Of a stretch of 64,000 bases of DNA, positions 26,761 to 40,606 are shown in pieces. The position numbers and the translations under genes are program-made. Source of the stretch: Octopus vulgaris (taxonomy: Eukaryota); contig OX597818.1 of NCBI GenBank assembly GCA_951406725.2, forward strand, positions 61,752,001 through 61,816,000, given 5' to 3'. How positions within the stretch are numbered: position 1 is the first letter of the stretch; the number at the start of each line of letters is the position of its first letter. The notes below the pieces were generated by a model. The model did not search any database. It had not been told where the DNA came from and worked only from the letters and a program-made list of their open reading frames with translations.

Positions 26761-27277
26761 TTTTCCCCTCCACTTGATAACTGTTGTTTGTTGTCAAAAT
26801 GCAGAAGGTCTCTTATCAGTTTGTTGTGCGAATGGAATGCTCCTTTTGATGTATGCGCTGTCAGGGTCGGTACTGCTGAATTGGCGCTAAGATGTTATGT
26901 TACCATTCTTTTAAAGTTTACAGTTTATAAAGGATGTGTACTGCGCATGTGTGAGGCTGTGTGCATGTGTCAGACTGTGAATGTGGATAACACGTGGGAG
27001 CAGAAGGCAGGTAAGGGTGTAGCGTGGTCGGACCTAGAAAAAATCTCAAACATTCCACACTTGTGTGGGTGTGGGTGTGGACACCACTGGTCTCTAACAT
27101 CTTTAATACAATAAACAAACCATGTTAATGATACAAATTATAAAAATATACAGAGACATAGCTCAGCCCACCATTTTCTATTATTGCAAGACGGTAAAAA
27201 AGCTTCACTGACATCAAGAGAAACACTTTACTTCAGATGGAATTTTCAAGAACTGGAGATCTCTTTGTTATACAAAA

Positions 27278-27731
27278 TCATCATCATTGTTCGACCGTGG
27301 TTGAGACAATGGAATTTACTATGTTACGCCAGACTTCACGGTCCATCATAACATTACGGAAGCCCTGTTGCTGGATGCTTGTATCCCTGGAGATTACATC
27401 AGGGTGAGAGAGTGTGTGCCCTCTGGTATCATGAGCAGATGGCTTCCAGAGGTGAAGAGTAGAAATTACCTCGTTTTCAGCTCTACAACAATGTCCAGCA
27501 AACTGGACTCATCTACCTTTCACAAGAGATTATACAGGTGGTAATTTCCCATATATTTGTACTTTGGTTGGATGACGCTTCCACAAGAGATTTTGAGCTC
27601 TCATAAGGAGGCAAGTGTAAGTTTCATCCAACCACCTCTCCAGCTTCTTTGATAACGTCCAGGTTTCTGAGCCATATAGTAGAATTGGTTTGACTGTGGC
27701 TTTGAAGATTTTAAGTTTGAAATCTCTACTT
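27278..27731 (-). mobile_element. 5'-truncated RTE-clade LINE (ORF2 C-terminus, (TGA)n tail)
   Basis: Colinear with 43904-44386; possible TSD ttatacaa. Confidence 0.9.
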
Positions 27732-27841
27732 ATACAAGACGGGTCTCATCTTGACTAAGCTTCCTGTAAACTCCACTCATTATTAAGATGATGATGCAAA
27801 GAATCTCGGGGATAAAAGAGATTATAATTCACAATTAAGAT

Positions 27842-28137
27842 GTTTATTCCTTCTTGAGCCATGCCTGGCTCATAAGGGCCAGTTTCCCGGTTTCCTTGGT
27901 GTATAAGTTCCTCACCTGGACAAGACGCTAGTCTGTCGCAGGTGAGCTGCAAGATGCAGGAGGAAAGAGAAAGGTGTGGCGAAAGAGTCAGCAGAAGTTT
28001 GCCATTACTTTCGGCCGGAGCCACGTGGAGCTTAGGTGTTTCACTCATAAACACACACATTGCCCGGTCTGAGATTTGAACCCACGATCCCTCGACCGTG
28101 AATCTACTGCTGTAACCACTAGGCCTTGTGCCTCCCC
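27842..28137 (-). mobile_element. tRNA-derived SINE (C-related subfamily) with 12-bp TSD CACAATTAAGAT
   Basis: TSD at 27830-27841 and 28138-28149; A-box TGGCCTAGTGG-like; second copy at 60775-61066. Confidence 0.88.
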
Positions 28138-28858
28138 CACAATTAAGATAATGCTAACATATTTGTCACAGTGAATGTAATTCAAAGATTAATTGAAGCA
28201 TTTATAGAAGGAAGAAAACAAATAAAATAATAACAGATATGCCATTATCTAATATTTTCTTTCTTTCTCCAACTATGGGAGATAACTCGGGACATATTTT
28301 TCTGTTATGACCTCCTCAGCAAAGCAATACATTAAATCAGTGAATCACAATCTAACATATGAAATTATTGATAATAAATATTTTATAATTTGTTCCGAAA
28401 CTATCCAGGAAAATACCATAACCACTGACATATAAATTTATAACCACTCTATTTGTAATTAGTTTGGTAAGTGCTAACCACAAAACTCTCAGCCCTTGAG
28501 TCTCCCTGCTGCTGTGTGGTAAGAAGCTTGCTTCCCAACCACATAGTTCTGGGTTCGGTCTCACTGTGTGGCACCTTGTGCAAGTGTCTTCTGCTATAGC
28601 CTCAGGCTGACCAAAAACCTTGTGAGTGAATTTGGTGTGTGTGTGTGAGCATCTATATTTGTGTGTGTGTCTGTGTTTGTCCCTCCACCATCACATAGTT
28701 CATAGCCAACCGAACCCTAGAAGTAGTAAATTATCCAAACAAGGAACAGACTGCAAGCTACTCTTCAGGCCTTGAGTATATGAAGTTTACATTGTCGTTA
28801 GTGGACCCCGTGTTAACTCAAAGAGAAAGCACAGCTCAAGAGGAAAACACACATGCAT

Positions 28859-29270
28859 GAGTGGCTGTGTGGTAAGTAGCTTGCTTACGAACTACATGGT
28901 TCTGGGTTCAGTTCCACTGCGTTGCACCTTGGGCAAATGTCTTCTACTATAGCCTCGGGCCAACCAAAGCCTTGTGAGTGGATTTGGTAGACGAAAACTG
29001 AAAGAAGCCCGTCGTATATATGTATATGTATATATATATGTATGTGTGTGTATATGCTTGTGTGTCTGTGTTTGTCCCCCCAACATGTCTTGACAACCGA
29101 TGCTGGTGTGTTTACGTCCCTGTATTTTAGCGGTTCAGCAAAAGAGACTGATAGAATAAGTACTAGGCTTACAAAGAATAAGTCTTAGGGTCGATTTGCT
29201 CGACTAAAAGGCAGTGCTCCAGCATGGCCGCAGTCAAAATGACTGAAACAAGTAAAAGAAAAGAGAAAGA
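28859..29270 (+). mobile_element. Full-length SINE A (partial copy upstream at 28510-28695)
   Basis: Family match. Confidence 0.92.
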
Positions 29271-29799
29271 GAAGAGACACACACTCATGTATTGAGTTCT
29301 AATATTTTCTGTTTGAATTGCCAAACCCAATATTTATCTTAAGATAGAAATATTAAGCTGAAACCCAGGAAGGAGCTTAATGTGTGAAAGTGATATTTGA
29401 TGGCTGAAACAGTATCTCGGATGCTGCCTGCATGTGTTGGCTTCTTCGGTTTCCATGACCTGACCAAAGTAGATTCTTTACCTGGAAGCTGCAAGTTGGA
29501 GGAGGTTAAGAAGTTTGACTAAAAGATTTCCTCTATGTGTGTGTGTGTGTATGGTTTGTTTTATCTTTATGATGACTGCGTATAAGAGGTCGTGTAGATA
29601 AAAGTGAGAAATGGCAGCTAAAAGGATTCTTTTTAGGTTGGTTAAGATTTATTTAGCTGTGAGTCAGTGTGAATGGCAAGATCTGACAGGAAGAAGAGAG
29701 ATCCTTGGAGCTGTGTATCAGACAAAATATCCTTTGGTTATTTTAATGGTCATCCTGCTAGTGTCTATCTGCAGAGAAAAGTTTGGGTTTATGACAACG

Positions 29800-30028
29800 T
29801 TAACCCTTTCGTTATCAACCCGGCTGAAACCACCTCTGGCTCTGAGTACAAATGTCTTGTTTCCATAAGTTTTGAATTAAAATCTTCTACCAAACCTTAA
29901 TCACAATTTATGTTCCTAGCACTAGCTGAATGATAACTAAATTATTTTACTAAATTCTTTGTCATATCTAAAATTAAGTGAAAGAAACACAGAGCATCTC
30001 AACAGAAATATGGTAACAAAAGGGTTAA
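29800..30028 (+). mobile_element. piggyBac-type MITE with TTAA TSD
   Basis: TTAA-CCCTTT...AAAGGG-TTAA. Confidence 0.88.
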
Positions 30029-30479
30029 ATAAACACATACACACACATACACAGACACACACAGACACACACACAGTGCCTAGCATTGCAAAAGAAATGG
30101 CTTCAGAATACTAATTCTCATAGGTTTGTAAAAGAGATTATTCTTGCTGCTGTTGTTTAGCCCTGAGTCAACCACGATCAAGCAGAACTTCAGGTCCCTT
30201 CGGTATAGTCCACTCCATTCCAGGCAATCAGGTCAGGTTCCTACTTTTGAGAATATCTTCCTCCCTGTCCCCTCAAAAGTGTTGGAGGCCCCAGAAGGAA
30301 TTATAGACCTTTGCTGTCCCCCTCCTGACTAACATATAACACAAGACATCGTTATGAAAAAATTTGTTTTATTAAATTAGTTACTTCATTAAAACCTGTT
30401 ATAATTGTTGATTGCTTTCTAAATTAACACACAAAGGCTGAATGTAATTATCATAATCAATGTTTTCCTACAAAAGCAT

Positions 30480-30628
30480 TGGCATCACTATAAGAAGCTT
30501 TCTTCCCAATCACATGGTTCCAGGTTCAGTCCCACTGTGTGGCACCTTGAACAAGTGTCTTCTATTGCTCCAGGTCAACCAAAGCCTTGAGAGCAGATTT
30601 GGTTGATAGAAACTGAAAGAAGCCCATA

Positions 30629-30659
<31 letters not shown>

Positions 30660-30872
30660 AGTCATTGCATCTGTGTTTGATTCACCACCACCATATGACT
30701 ACTGGGGTTAGTGTGTTTACACCAACGTGACTTAGCAGTTCGGCAAAAGACACTGACAGAATAAATGCTACATTTAAAATTAAAATAACTAGTGTTGCCA
30801 ATCCATTCAACTATAAGTTCTTGAAGTTGGTGCCCCAGCATGGCCACAGTCTAATGACTGAAACAAGTAGTA
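30480..30872 (+). mobile_element. Older SINE A copy
   Basis: Degenerate family match. Confidence 0.8.
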
Positions 30873-31199
30873 AATGATTAAAGGATTTCATTAGAACCAT
30901 TTTTAATTGTTGATTATTTTCTAAATTAGTACACAAAGTCTGAATGTAATTATCATAATTAATGCTACCCACCATCACCACCGCCACCGCCACCACCACC
31001 TCTTGCAAAGAGGTTAAAGGAGAGACAAGAAAATAGAGCAAATAAATAAATAAATAAATAAATTAGGAGGAACCAGTCTCCAGAAATGTAGAATCCTGCA
31101 ACAGTAGAAGAGTTTTTAAGACTTTGCATTATCCAGGTCTGTGTAAATAGGTCAGGAGTGAAGAATGTTTTAGATGTGTGTGTGTGTGTGTATGTGTGT

Positions 31200-31779
31200 G
31201 TGTGATAGAGAGAGAAAGAGAGAGAGAGAAAGGGAGAGAGTGATGTGGCGGGGGTGGGGTAGATGAAAGAACTAGAAAGGGAAGGAGCGGGGGGTGGTGG
31301 GTGGTTGGGTAGGTGAGTAGGTAGCAGAGATGTTATAATGTTTTAAGAATAGAGATTTTACTTATCAGAAAGCCAGACTGAAGGAGAGATATAGACAAAG
31401 AGAAGGAAGGAATAAAGGGGGGAGTGGTGGGGGTGGGTGGTTTGTGGGGAGTTGGGATGGGGGAGGGCAGCTGAGGCTGAGAAAGATGTGAGGGATGGAG
31501 AGGAGTGAAGGGAAGAGGAGGAGAGAGAGAGAGAGAGAAACAGGGAGACAGATAGAGGTGGGGGGTAAGTAGAATCATGAAGATACAGAGAGAGAGAGGA
31601 GAATACAAAGAGAGAAAGAGAGAGAGAGAGAGAGAGAGTAAAGCAAAGATAGAGAGAAAATGTATATCAGAAAGAAAGGAAGAAGTATATCAGAGAGAGA
31701 GAGAAAGGGAGAGAAAGCGAGAGAGAGACAGACAGAAAAAGAGAGAGACAGAAAGAAAGAGAGAGACAGAGAGAAAGAA

Positions 31780-31812
<33 letters not shown>

Positions 31813-32185
31813 GATAGAGAGAAAGAGAGAGAGAGTGTATATAACAAAGAAAGTGGAAGACTAGACAGATGGGAGTGTATAATGAAAGAGGGAGGGTTTA
31901 TGGTTCTCAGGGGATAGAGAAGAGATTTGAGTAGAAGTGGGAGGAGAAGAAGGGATTAAGAGAGAGGGAGATGAAGGGAGCGGGGGATATTTAAAATAAG
32001 GTAGGAGAGAACTGGAGGACTCAGGTTGGTTTACTAGAAAGATAGTTTTGATTAGAAGGCAAGTAAAAGTGAGGCTGAGAGAGAGAGAGAAGGGGGACAG
32101 AGAGGGGGAGAGAAAGAGAGAGAACAGAGAGGGAGAGAGTAAGAGAGAGAGGACAGAGAGAGAAAGAGAGAGAGGACATAGAGAG
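31200..32185. repeat. Purine-rich (GA)n/G-rich low-complexity region
   Basis: Read directly; similar block at 50730-51190. Confidence 0.9.
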
Positions 32186-32596
32186 TGTGAGTATGGGAAT
32201 GTGTTGCACAATGTTGGAAAGTAGAAAAAGAAGAAAATGTGAAATAGATTAAGAGAAAACACAATAGGGGCTCTTATGTATGGGAATTCAACCTGCTAGA
32301 AATAGCAGCTAAATATACCCATCAAAATATATAAGATGCAGTTTTTTTTTTTTTTTTGAAAAAGGGCCTCAAATCATCTCCCCGCCACACCAGTTCAGAT
32401 ATGTGAAACTGGGCTTAAATTACACGTTTTTTTTTTTATGCTGTAAAATTGATTTTCTTCCTGAATAAGCAGTATTTAAACTGGCATGTGTGTCTGATAT
32501 ACCTGTGTATCTTAATGCCTTTGAATATGGTACAGTCTTTAAAAAGACAGGTGATAGGCATAATGGCTGTAAGGTTGAAAACTACTCCACAACTTC

Positions 32597-32965
32597 TCTT
32601 TTACTCTTTTACTTGTTTCAGTCATTTGACTGTGGCCATGCTGGAGCACCACCTTTAGGAGAATAAATCGACAAACCTAATACTTGTTCTGTTAGTCTCT
32701 TTTTGCCAAACTGTTAAGTTACGGGAACATAAACATACCAACATCAGTTGTCAAGCGATGGGGGTGGGGGACAAAAGCAAACACAAACAACAAACACATA
32801 CACACATATACGACGGGCTTCTTTCAGTTTCCGTTTACTAAATCCACTCACAAGGCTATGGTCGGGCTGAGGCTATAGTAGAAGACACTTGCACAAGGTG
32901 CCACGCAGTGGGACTGAACCTGGAACCATGTGGTTCATAAGCAAGCTTCTTTCCACACTGTCACT
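32597..32965 (-). mobile_element. SINE A
   Basis: Family match. Confidence 0.88.
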
Positions 32966-33317
32966 CCTGCCTTAATTCAGTCCCACTGCACAGCACCTTA
33001 ATTAAGTTTCTTCCGTTATAACAACCCTGGCTTGACTTATACCTGATCAGTGAAATGGTTGAGTTCGTCCTTTCGGGGTTGATAAAATAAGTACCGGATG
33101 AGCATTGGGGCCGATGTAACTGAACTGATCCTCTCCCAAAAATTGTGCCAAAATTTGGAACTAAAATAATCAATAAAGGTGGCAAAACCACAAAATAGTT
33201 GCAGCCCAAAGACTGTAGGAAGTAAAAAAAATAAAACAAGAACAACGATTGTGGAACTTTGGAGTAAAAGCAGTTCTTTTGAATGAACATCTGGAATTCT
33301 CATTGATGAACCTGCCA

Positions 33318-33364
<47 letters not shown>

Positions 33365-33390
33365 TTCTCTCTCTCACACACGCACATACC

Positions 33391-33622
33391 TATTTCTTTA
33401 CTACCCACAAGGGGCTAAACACAGAGAGGACAAACAAGGACAGACAAATGGATTAAGTCGCTTATATCGACCCAGTGCGTAACTGGTACTTATTTAATCG
33501 ACCCCGAAAGGATGAAAGGCAAAGTCGACCTCGGCGGAATTTGAACTCAGAACGTAGCGGCGGACGAAATACCACAAAGCATTTCGCCCGGCGTGCTAAC
33601 GTTTCTGCCAGCTCCCCACCTT
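33391..33622 (-). mobile_element. SINE B monomer with TSD cacacgcacatacc
   Basis: Same sequence at ~33377-33390 and ~33627-33640. Confidence 0.9.
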
Positions 33623-34739
33623 CATACACACGCACATACCTATACAGGTGCAGGTGTTGTGTGGTGAAGAAACTTGCTTCCCAACCACATGGTTCCGAGC
33701 CCAATACTTTGGCTAAGTATCCTCCATATAAACTTGGTCCACTCAAAGCTTTCATCATCATCATCATCATCATTTAGCATCCATTGTCCATCCTGGATGG
33801 TTTGACCAGGGCTGGCAAGCTGGAAGGTTGCACCAGACCCCCAGTCTGATTTCGCATCACTTCTAATACATCATGCACATTGCATTGTTTTAGTTTTCAG
33901 ACGATCCCATCCCACCAACATTCCTTCCTGATTGGAAGGCCAGTCCATTGTAGGGTTACCCATTTACAGCTAAATGGACTGAGGCAACATGAAAGGAAGT
34001 GTTTTGCCTAAGAACACAGTGCGCCAGTCTGGGAATCAAACCTAGAATCCAGCGATTGTGAGTGCAGCTCTTTAACCACTAGGCCATGAATGCTCACACA
34101 TGCACATATATATTTATGCAGGTGTGCACACACACATATGCACATGCATGCATGCTGCTGTCCACACGTGTGTATATTCACGTCTTGCATACAGATGTAA
34201 CCTGAAACGCCACACACGTGGCAGGAAACTATAGTGAATCATCAGCCGAAGCATAATGAATAGAAACTTTAAATATGTATTCAGCACTCTCTTTGTTGTT
34301 GAAAATGAGAGAAAGAAAGAGAGTAGGAGAGAGAGAGAGAGAGAGAAAGAAAGAAAGAAAGAGAGGAAGTATACAGTGTATCTTTGCACATGTTTATCTC
34401 TCTCTCTCTCAATATATATATGTATATATATATATATACACATATACATATATATATACATACATACATACATACATACATACATACATACATACATACA
34501 TACACATACACACATGTGCACATATAATATAATATGCATATATACAGAGAGAAAAAGAGAGAGAGAGAGTGGGAGAGAGAGGTGGGGGTAGCAGAGATGA
34601 AGCAGGAGAGAAATGAAAAAGAAAAAAAAAAAATTTAGGGGTAATATAAAAATGAAATATGAAACAAAACGAAAACCGAAAACAAACAAAAACCTAAAAA
34701 TTAAAAAAAAATACATAAATCTTAACCCTCCCCCCACCT

Positions 34740-34765
34740 CCCACCCACCCCGAGAACCAGCATCA

Positions 34766-34802
<37 letters not shown>

Positions 34803-35260
34803 CAAAGTGTGTTGTAAGATGCCAGAGGAAATATAAAAATGAATAGAAGAAGAAGAAGAAGAAGCTGCTGCAGTGTTTGTTGCTATTAGCACTACTTTTC
34901 TCTGATGTGAAGAACTCCTCTGCTATCCTGCCTGCTACTGGTTGAACAATTCCCTGTTGTCAGATTATACACACAGGACGCTCAATGTTTCCTTTTCTAC
35001 CTACAGACAAACTCTCTGGCTGGCAGACCTACTTACTAAGCCTCTCTGTTCCATGCTCATTAAGATACATTATTTTCCAAGCAGTAAAAGAGATTGCTTG
35101 CATCTTATTGGTTGCTTCTTTTGAAAAAAAAAACGTGTTTTTTTTTTGTTTTTGTTTTCTGTGTTTATTTGTTTTATTTTTGTTTCTGTTGCTTTTTATC
35201 TTTTAATATGTAATTTTTCTTTTTTTTTTTTTTTTTTAAATATTCCTTACCCAACACAAG
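34740..35260 (+). other. Possible non-coding first exon / 5' UTR region
   Basis: TE-free stretch with (CAG)n and (GAA)n ending in a consensus donor AAG|GTAAGA at 35260/35261. Confidence 0.25.
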
Positions 35261-35744
35261 GTAAGATTATGAAAACATATATAAACATATATAAACACAG
35301 GAAACAGACAGGGATTTGCAGAATTTTTTTTTTCTTTTATAACTTTTTAAAATTATCTTTAATTCTTTCTAGAATGAAAAATAATAGAAAAAAAATCTAT
35401 TTGCAGTTGATATATAAACCTCCATATACACATATGTATACACATATAAACATCTGTATATGTATACACACACACACACACACATATATATACATACATA
35501 TATACACACACATGCACACACAGAGGCACATATATATGTTTATATGTATGTGGCTTTATACGCCAAGTTCTCAATTTTTATAGATTTATTTTTTCAAGTT
35601 CAAATTTACAATATCTCAATTTGAGTTGCGGTTTGGGTATTGATAATGATGCTGATTGTGATGATGGTGGTTCCTAGTGTTGTTATTGTTACATTAGTTC
35701 TATAATAATGAAGTTCACCTTTTTTTTTTTTGTTTTTTTAACAG

Positions 35745-35782
35745 GCAGTAAAGGAGGGGGTACACGTATTGCAATGATTCAG
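35745..35782 (+). other. Candidate 38-nt exon (SKGGGTRIAMIQ, or UTR plus MIQ start)
   Basis: Long T tract + AACAG acceptor; CAG|GTACTT donor; one open frame; ATG at 35774. Confidence 0.35.
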
Positions 35783-36648
35783 GTACTTGGTGAACCCTTT
35801 CCCAGAAACGAAAAGAAAAAAAAAGGGAAAGAAAACCATACGAATGCCAACCATTTTCAGCATTTGCACCCAGAACAATAAAACAATGAGATTTCAGGGG
35901 AATTTTTTTGCTTCTCAAATTTAAAAAAAATCCACTGGTTGTTGGGGTTTTGGGTAAGGCTGATGGGGTAGATTCAGGGTAAAGAAGGCAAACAAAGTTT
36001 AGTAGCAGTTTAAGTGGGTTCTGTGAGAAAGCAGCCCCCTATGATAAAGGGTATACCAGCTGTGGCCTTCCTGCCTCTCCCCATCTCAGGCTGTGAACTT
36101 CATTATCCAATGTGTCCTCGTTTTGAGAGACTAGAATATTATTTGAGGGACATTTGGCTGCTACTCCTTATTTTTTAAAGACAGTAGGGAGACTTAAGGG
36201 AGATTTGGTTGTTTCATATGAAGGGTCTGTCAGAGTTTGATGAAGTGGTCATGGTTGTAAGGGTTTCTTCTTATTATTGCTTGCTTTAGTAGCGCATGAT
36301 GCTGAAGTGTTGTAATATGATGACACAAGCAAGGGTTGGAGGATAGGGCTGGGGGACGAGGACAGTTACTTGAATTATGTAAATGTTTAATTAACCTGAG
36401 AAAAAAAAAAATTAATGTTAGATAATACGCTCAATATTTGAACTTGGAACAATGGCAGCAATCAGGCCATTTCTCAGTGAAATGGAATCTGTACCATTAT
36501 TGATCTTAAGCTGTGTGCATGTGTGTGTTCTTCAGTTTTGGTTGTCTGTGATATTTGCAACTGGAATGGTGTAATCCCTTATTCAATGGCAAAATATCAC
36601 AGAAATTCAAATGTCAGACTGCTGACTGGCAAAAATCAACTGAAAGCA

Positions 36649-36687
<39 letters not shown>

Positions 36688-36762
36688 TGTAAGTCTTCAG
36701 ACAAAACTAGGAAGTATATGCCGCATAGATGCAGACATGGTTGTGTGTGTGTGTGTGTGTGC

Positions 36763-36798
<36 letters not shown>

Positions 36799-36804
36799 AT
36801 ATAT

Positions 36805-36942
36805 ATTGCTTACCAACTACATGGTTCTGGGTTCAGTCCAACCGCGTGGCACCTTGGGCAAAGTGTCTTCTACTATAGCCTCGGGCCGACCAAAGCCTTG
36901 TGAGGGGATTTGGTAGATGGAAACTGAAAGAAGCCCATCGTA

Positions 36943-37005
<63 letters not shown>

Positions 37006-37198
37006 TTGTGTGTCTGTGTTTGTCCCCCTGACATCACCGATGCTGGTGTGTTTACGCCCCTGTAACTTAGCGGTTTGGCAAAAGAGACCGATAGAATAAG
37101 TACTAGGCTTACAAAGAATAAGTTCTGGGGTCGATTTGCTCAACTAAAAGGCAGTACTCCAGCATGGCCACAGTCAAATGACTGAAACAAGTAAAAGA
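36805..37198 (+). mobile_element. SINE A
   Basis: Family match; extreme 5' end lost. Confidence 0.9.
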
Positions 37199-37854
37199 CA
37201 GAATGGTGTGATTTGAGGGAAATTTTGTTCCTATTTCCAGTGTGTCAGAAATAATAAAGTGTTGCAAATCCCTCAACTCTGACGAAGGAGTGGGACCTGT
37301 AATAGGTTAGATAAACTGAGGCAAGCAGTTTTGGGTTTTGCCCAGAAGACCAACACAGTAGTAAGCATGCTGGCATTTTTCCAGCCCCTTACCCTTGCCT
37401 ATTAAAATTTATGTATCAATAAATTTCAGAAATAAATCAGAACCACAACTCATTCCGCCTGCCCCCTCACCACATAGCCAGCCACCCTCCCTAGCCTGTA
37501 TTTTGTACTAATATATGGATATTCACATCGTTTCACTAGCATCAGAAATGTTAACATGCATACGAAGATTGGTTGGGAGCCAAATAGAAAAATATTGTTT
37601 TCTTTGTAGTTATTCTCATTGAGTCCAATTTGCTTGACCAAAACTAGTGAAGTTACACGAGGAATTATAGATGTAAATGATATCCCAAACATCACTGACA
37701 CTGATAGTTTCCTGATTTTCTATTCAAACTAAGCTAGCTGCCATGGCTTTACCTGATCAATATTCACAAAAATTTCTGCAAAAGCTGCTTTCATCTTAAA
37801 AATTATCACATCATTACTTTCACACAAGTCATTGTCTGTCCAAAACCAGTTTTA

Positions 37855-38185
37855 TTTTCCCTTCCATTTCATATTTGTAGTTCAATATTAACTTGGTTAT
37901 TTATTCCTGCAAATTCTAAAATTTTTCCTTGATTTTTGGAAATTTGAATGTGTTTTATGGAGGATTTTGGAAATTTGGATGTATTTTATGGAGGATTTTG
38001 CTTAAACAATCATATTCCAAAATCTGAGATAATTGATTAAGATATGGGCAAAATCCTCTATAAAACACTTACAAATTTCCAAAAATCAAGGTAAATTTTA
38101 GAATTTTCAGAAATAACTACAAATATCAAATGAAAGGAAAAATATACCTTGATTTTTGGAAATTTGTGTTTTATGGAGGGTTTTG
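37855..38185. repeat. AT-rich foldback inverted repeat (MITE-like)
   Basis: 37855-38000 is the imperfect reverse complement of 38048-38141; sub-repeat ccttgatttttggaaatttg recurs at 38147. Confidence 0.75.
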
Positions 38186-39331
38186 TTAATATGTTAGACA
38201 ATTATATTCTAACATCTAATCATCAACCAGAATTTGTGAGATACTCTGTTCAGTTCTCTGTAGCAGCTTGCTGGTCACTTTTTAGGCACTGGCAAAGCTA
38301 TGTGATTAGAAATTCGTTTCCCAACCACCTGGTTCTGGGTTCAGCCCTACTGCGTGGAACCTTGGGGAAGTGTTTTCTGCTATAGCTACAAGCTGACTTA
38401 AGCCTTGTGAGTGAGTTTGGTAGATGGAGACTGAAAGAAGCCCATCATGTGTGTGTGTATGTGTGTGTCTGTTTGTCTCCCAACTACTGCTTGATAACTG
38501 GGGTTGGTGAGTTTACGGCCCCATATCTTAGCAGTTTAACAAAAGAGACTAATGGAATGAGGACCAGAATTTAAAAGAAAAAACAGGGGGTCAATTCAGT
38601 TGACTAACCTTCCTCAAGGCAGTGCCCCAGTATGGCCACATTCTAATGATTGCGACAAGTAAAAGATGAAAGATACATGTTTGTGTGAACCCTTCTCTTG
38701 ATGTCATGTGATTGTTGTAAAAGGACTTCAAACATCGTACAAGTAATGTATATTTCCAGTCTTCCATGAAAAACATGTGGCCACATGGAATAATTATCTT
38801 GCTTGGAAACAAGAGAAAGGTTGGCAACAGAGAGGGCATCCAGCCCTAGAAAAGATGCCTCAGCATGCTTTGTCTAACCCATGCAAACATGAAAAAGTAG
38901 ATGTTAAAACTGGGGATGATGATGGTGATGATTGTGTGAGTGCATCTATGTTTTTATGGATATTGATTAGTTGGCACAAATTCTGGTACAAGGCCATGAA
39001 GTTTGAGGGAAGGGGTCAGTTGGTATCATTAACCCCAGTGCTCAACTGGTATTTTTTTTTATCAACCCTGAAAGGATAAAAGTTAAAGTTGACCTCAGCA
39101 GAATTTGAACTCAGAATGGAAAGACAGATGAAATGCAGCTAAGTATTTTGCCTGGGGTGCTAACAATTCTGCCAGCTTGATGCCTTTCAGCCATACCCTT
39201 AACCCTTTTGGTACCAACCTGGCTGAAACCACCTCTGGCTCTGTTATACAAAATGTCTTGTTTTCAAAAGATCATCATCACTATTTAATGGCCATCATTC
39301 ATGCTGGCATGGGTTGGCATACATATTCTAT

Positions 39332-39431
<100 letters not shown>

Positions 39432-39680
39432 TAAATGCACCCTTTTAAAGCCTAGCCAGGCTCATGGGCCTGGATTCCGGGTTTGTATGGTGTATGTGTT
39501 CCCCAGCAGGACGGGATGCCAGTCCATTGCAGCGTTACTCATTTTTGCCAGCTGAGTGGACTGGAGCAACGTGAAATGAAGTGTTTTGCTCAAGAACACA
39601 CCACGCTGCCCAATCTAGGAATTGAAACCACAATCTTATGATCATGGTGCTGACGCCCTAACCACTAAGCCATGCACCTT
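39432..39680 (-). mobile_element. tRNA-derived SINE family D with CORE-like/V-like central region
   Basis: TGGCTTAGTGGTTAGGG head, GTTCTTGAGCAAAACACTT, CTGCAATGGACTGGCATCCCGTCC; related pieces at 11612-11765 and 33900-34090. Confidence 0.75.
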
Positions 39681-40465
39681 CTCACACACACACATATAGA
39701 TATATATATAGAATATGTATGTATTTGTATGTCTGTGTTTGTCCCCCACCTTTGCATGACAACAGATGTTGGTGTGTTCATGTAAACGTAACTTAGCAGT
39801 TTGGCAAAACAGACTGACAGAATAAGTACTAGGCTTATAAAGAATAAGTCCTGGGGTCAATTTGTTCAACTAAAGGCGCTGCTCCAGTATGGCCGTAGTC
39901 AAATGACTGAAACAAGTAAAAGAAAAATATATATATATATTACACACACACACACACACGTGCGTTCAATTATCTAATGCGTTGTTAATTAATCTATGAG
40001 TGACTGCTATCCGTTTGCACTGCCTGAACTCGGAAGAATTCTCCCATCTATTTGTTACAGTTTAAATGGTACCACTGTGACTTGTCAAGATTGCAATTTA
40101 TAATTGACAACTAACATCCAGAGAGGGTTTCGCTTTTTGTTTTTTTGTTTTTTGTTTCACGTTTTCCGAAGTTCATTTTAAATTCTATGAAAATCTGCTT
40201 ACATCAATTTATTCCTCATCATATTCCAAAATCCAGATTCCACATTTATTTAATGTAATGATGCTAAAACCTTTCATTTTCTGCTCTGCTTTTAATCAAA
40301 GAGAAATACAATCATTATCATCGATGCCATTTAATGCCATCACCACCATCATCATTATCATCTTCATCATCATTATAATATTATTATCATTATTGTTACG
40401 GTAGTAAAAATAATTGTATAAATCTGTATAAACTTGTATTTCATGCAGCATAACCCCATGCTAAA

Positions 40466-40606
40466 TATCATCATCATCATCATCATCATCATCACCATCG
40501 TCGTCGTCGTCATCATCGTCATCATCGTCATTGTCATCATCGTCATCATCATCGTCATCATCAGCATCATCATCGTCATCATCATCGTCATCATCATCAT
40601 CATCAT
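40466..40606. repeat. (CAT)/(CGT) mosaic triplet repeat
   Basis: Read directly. Confidence 0.95.

Noticed and set aside
34225-34255. CTGATGA on the minus strand as another hammerhead (also CTGACGA at ~37279)
   Set aside because: No stem II followed by GAAA
34758-34803. Poly-Q/poly-A coding tract
   Set aside because: Surrounding frames are low-complexity and close quickly; more likely a non-coding (CAG)n
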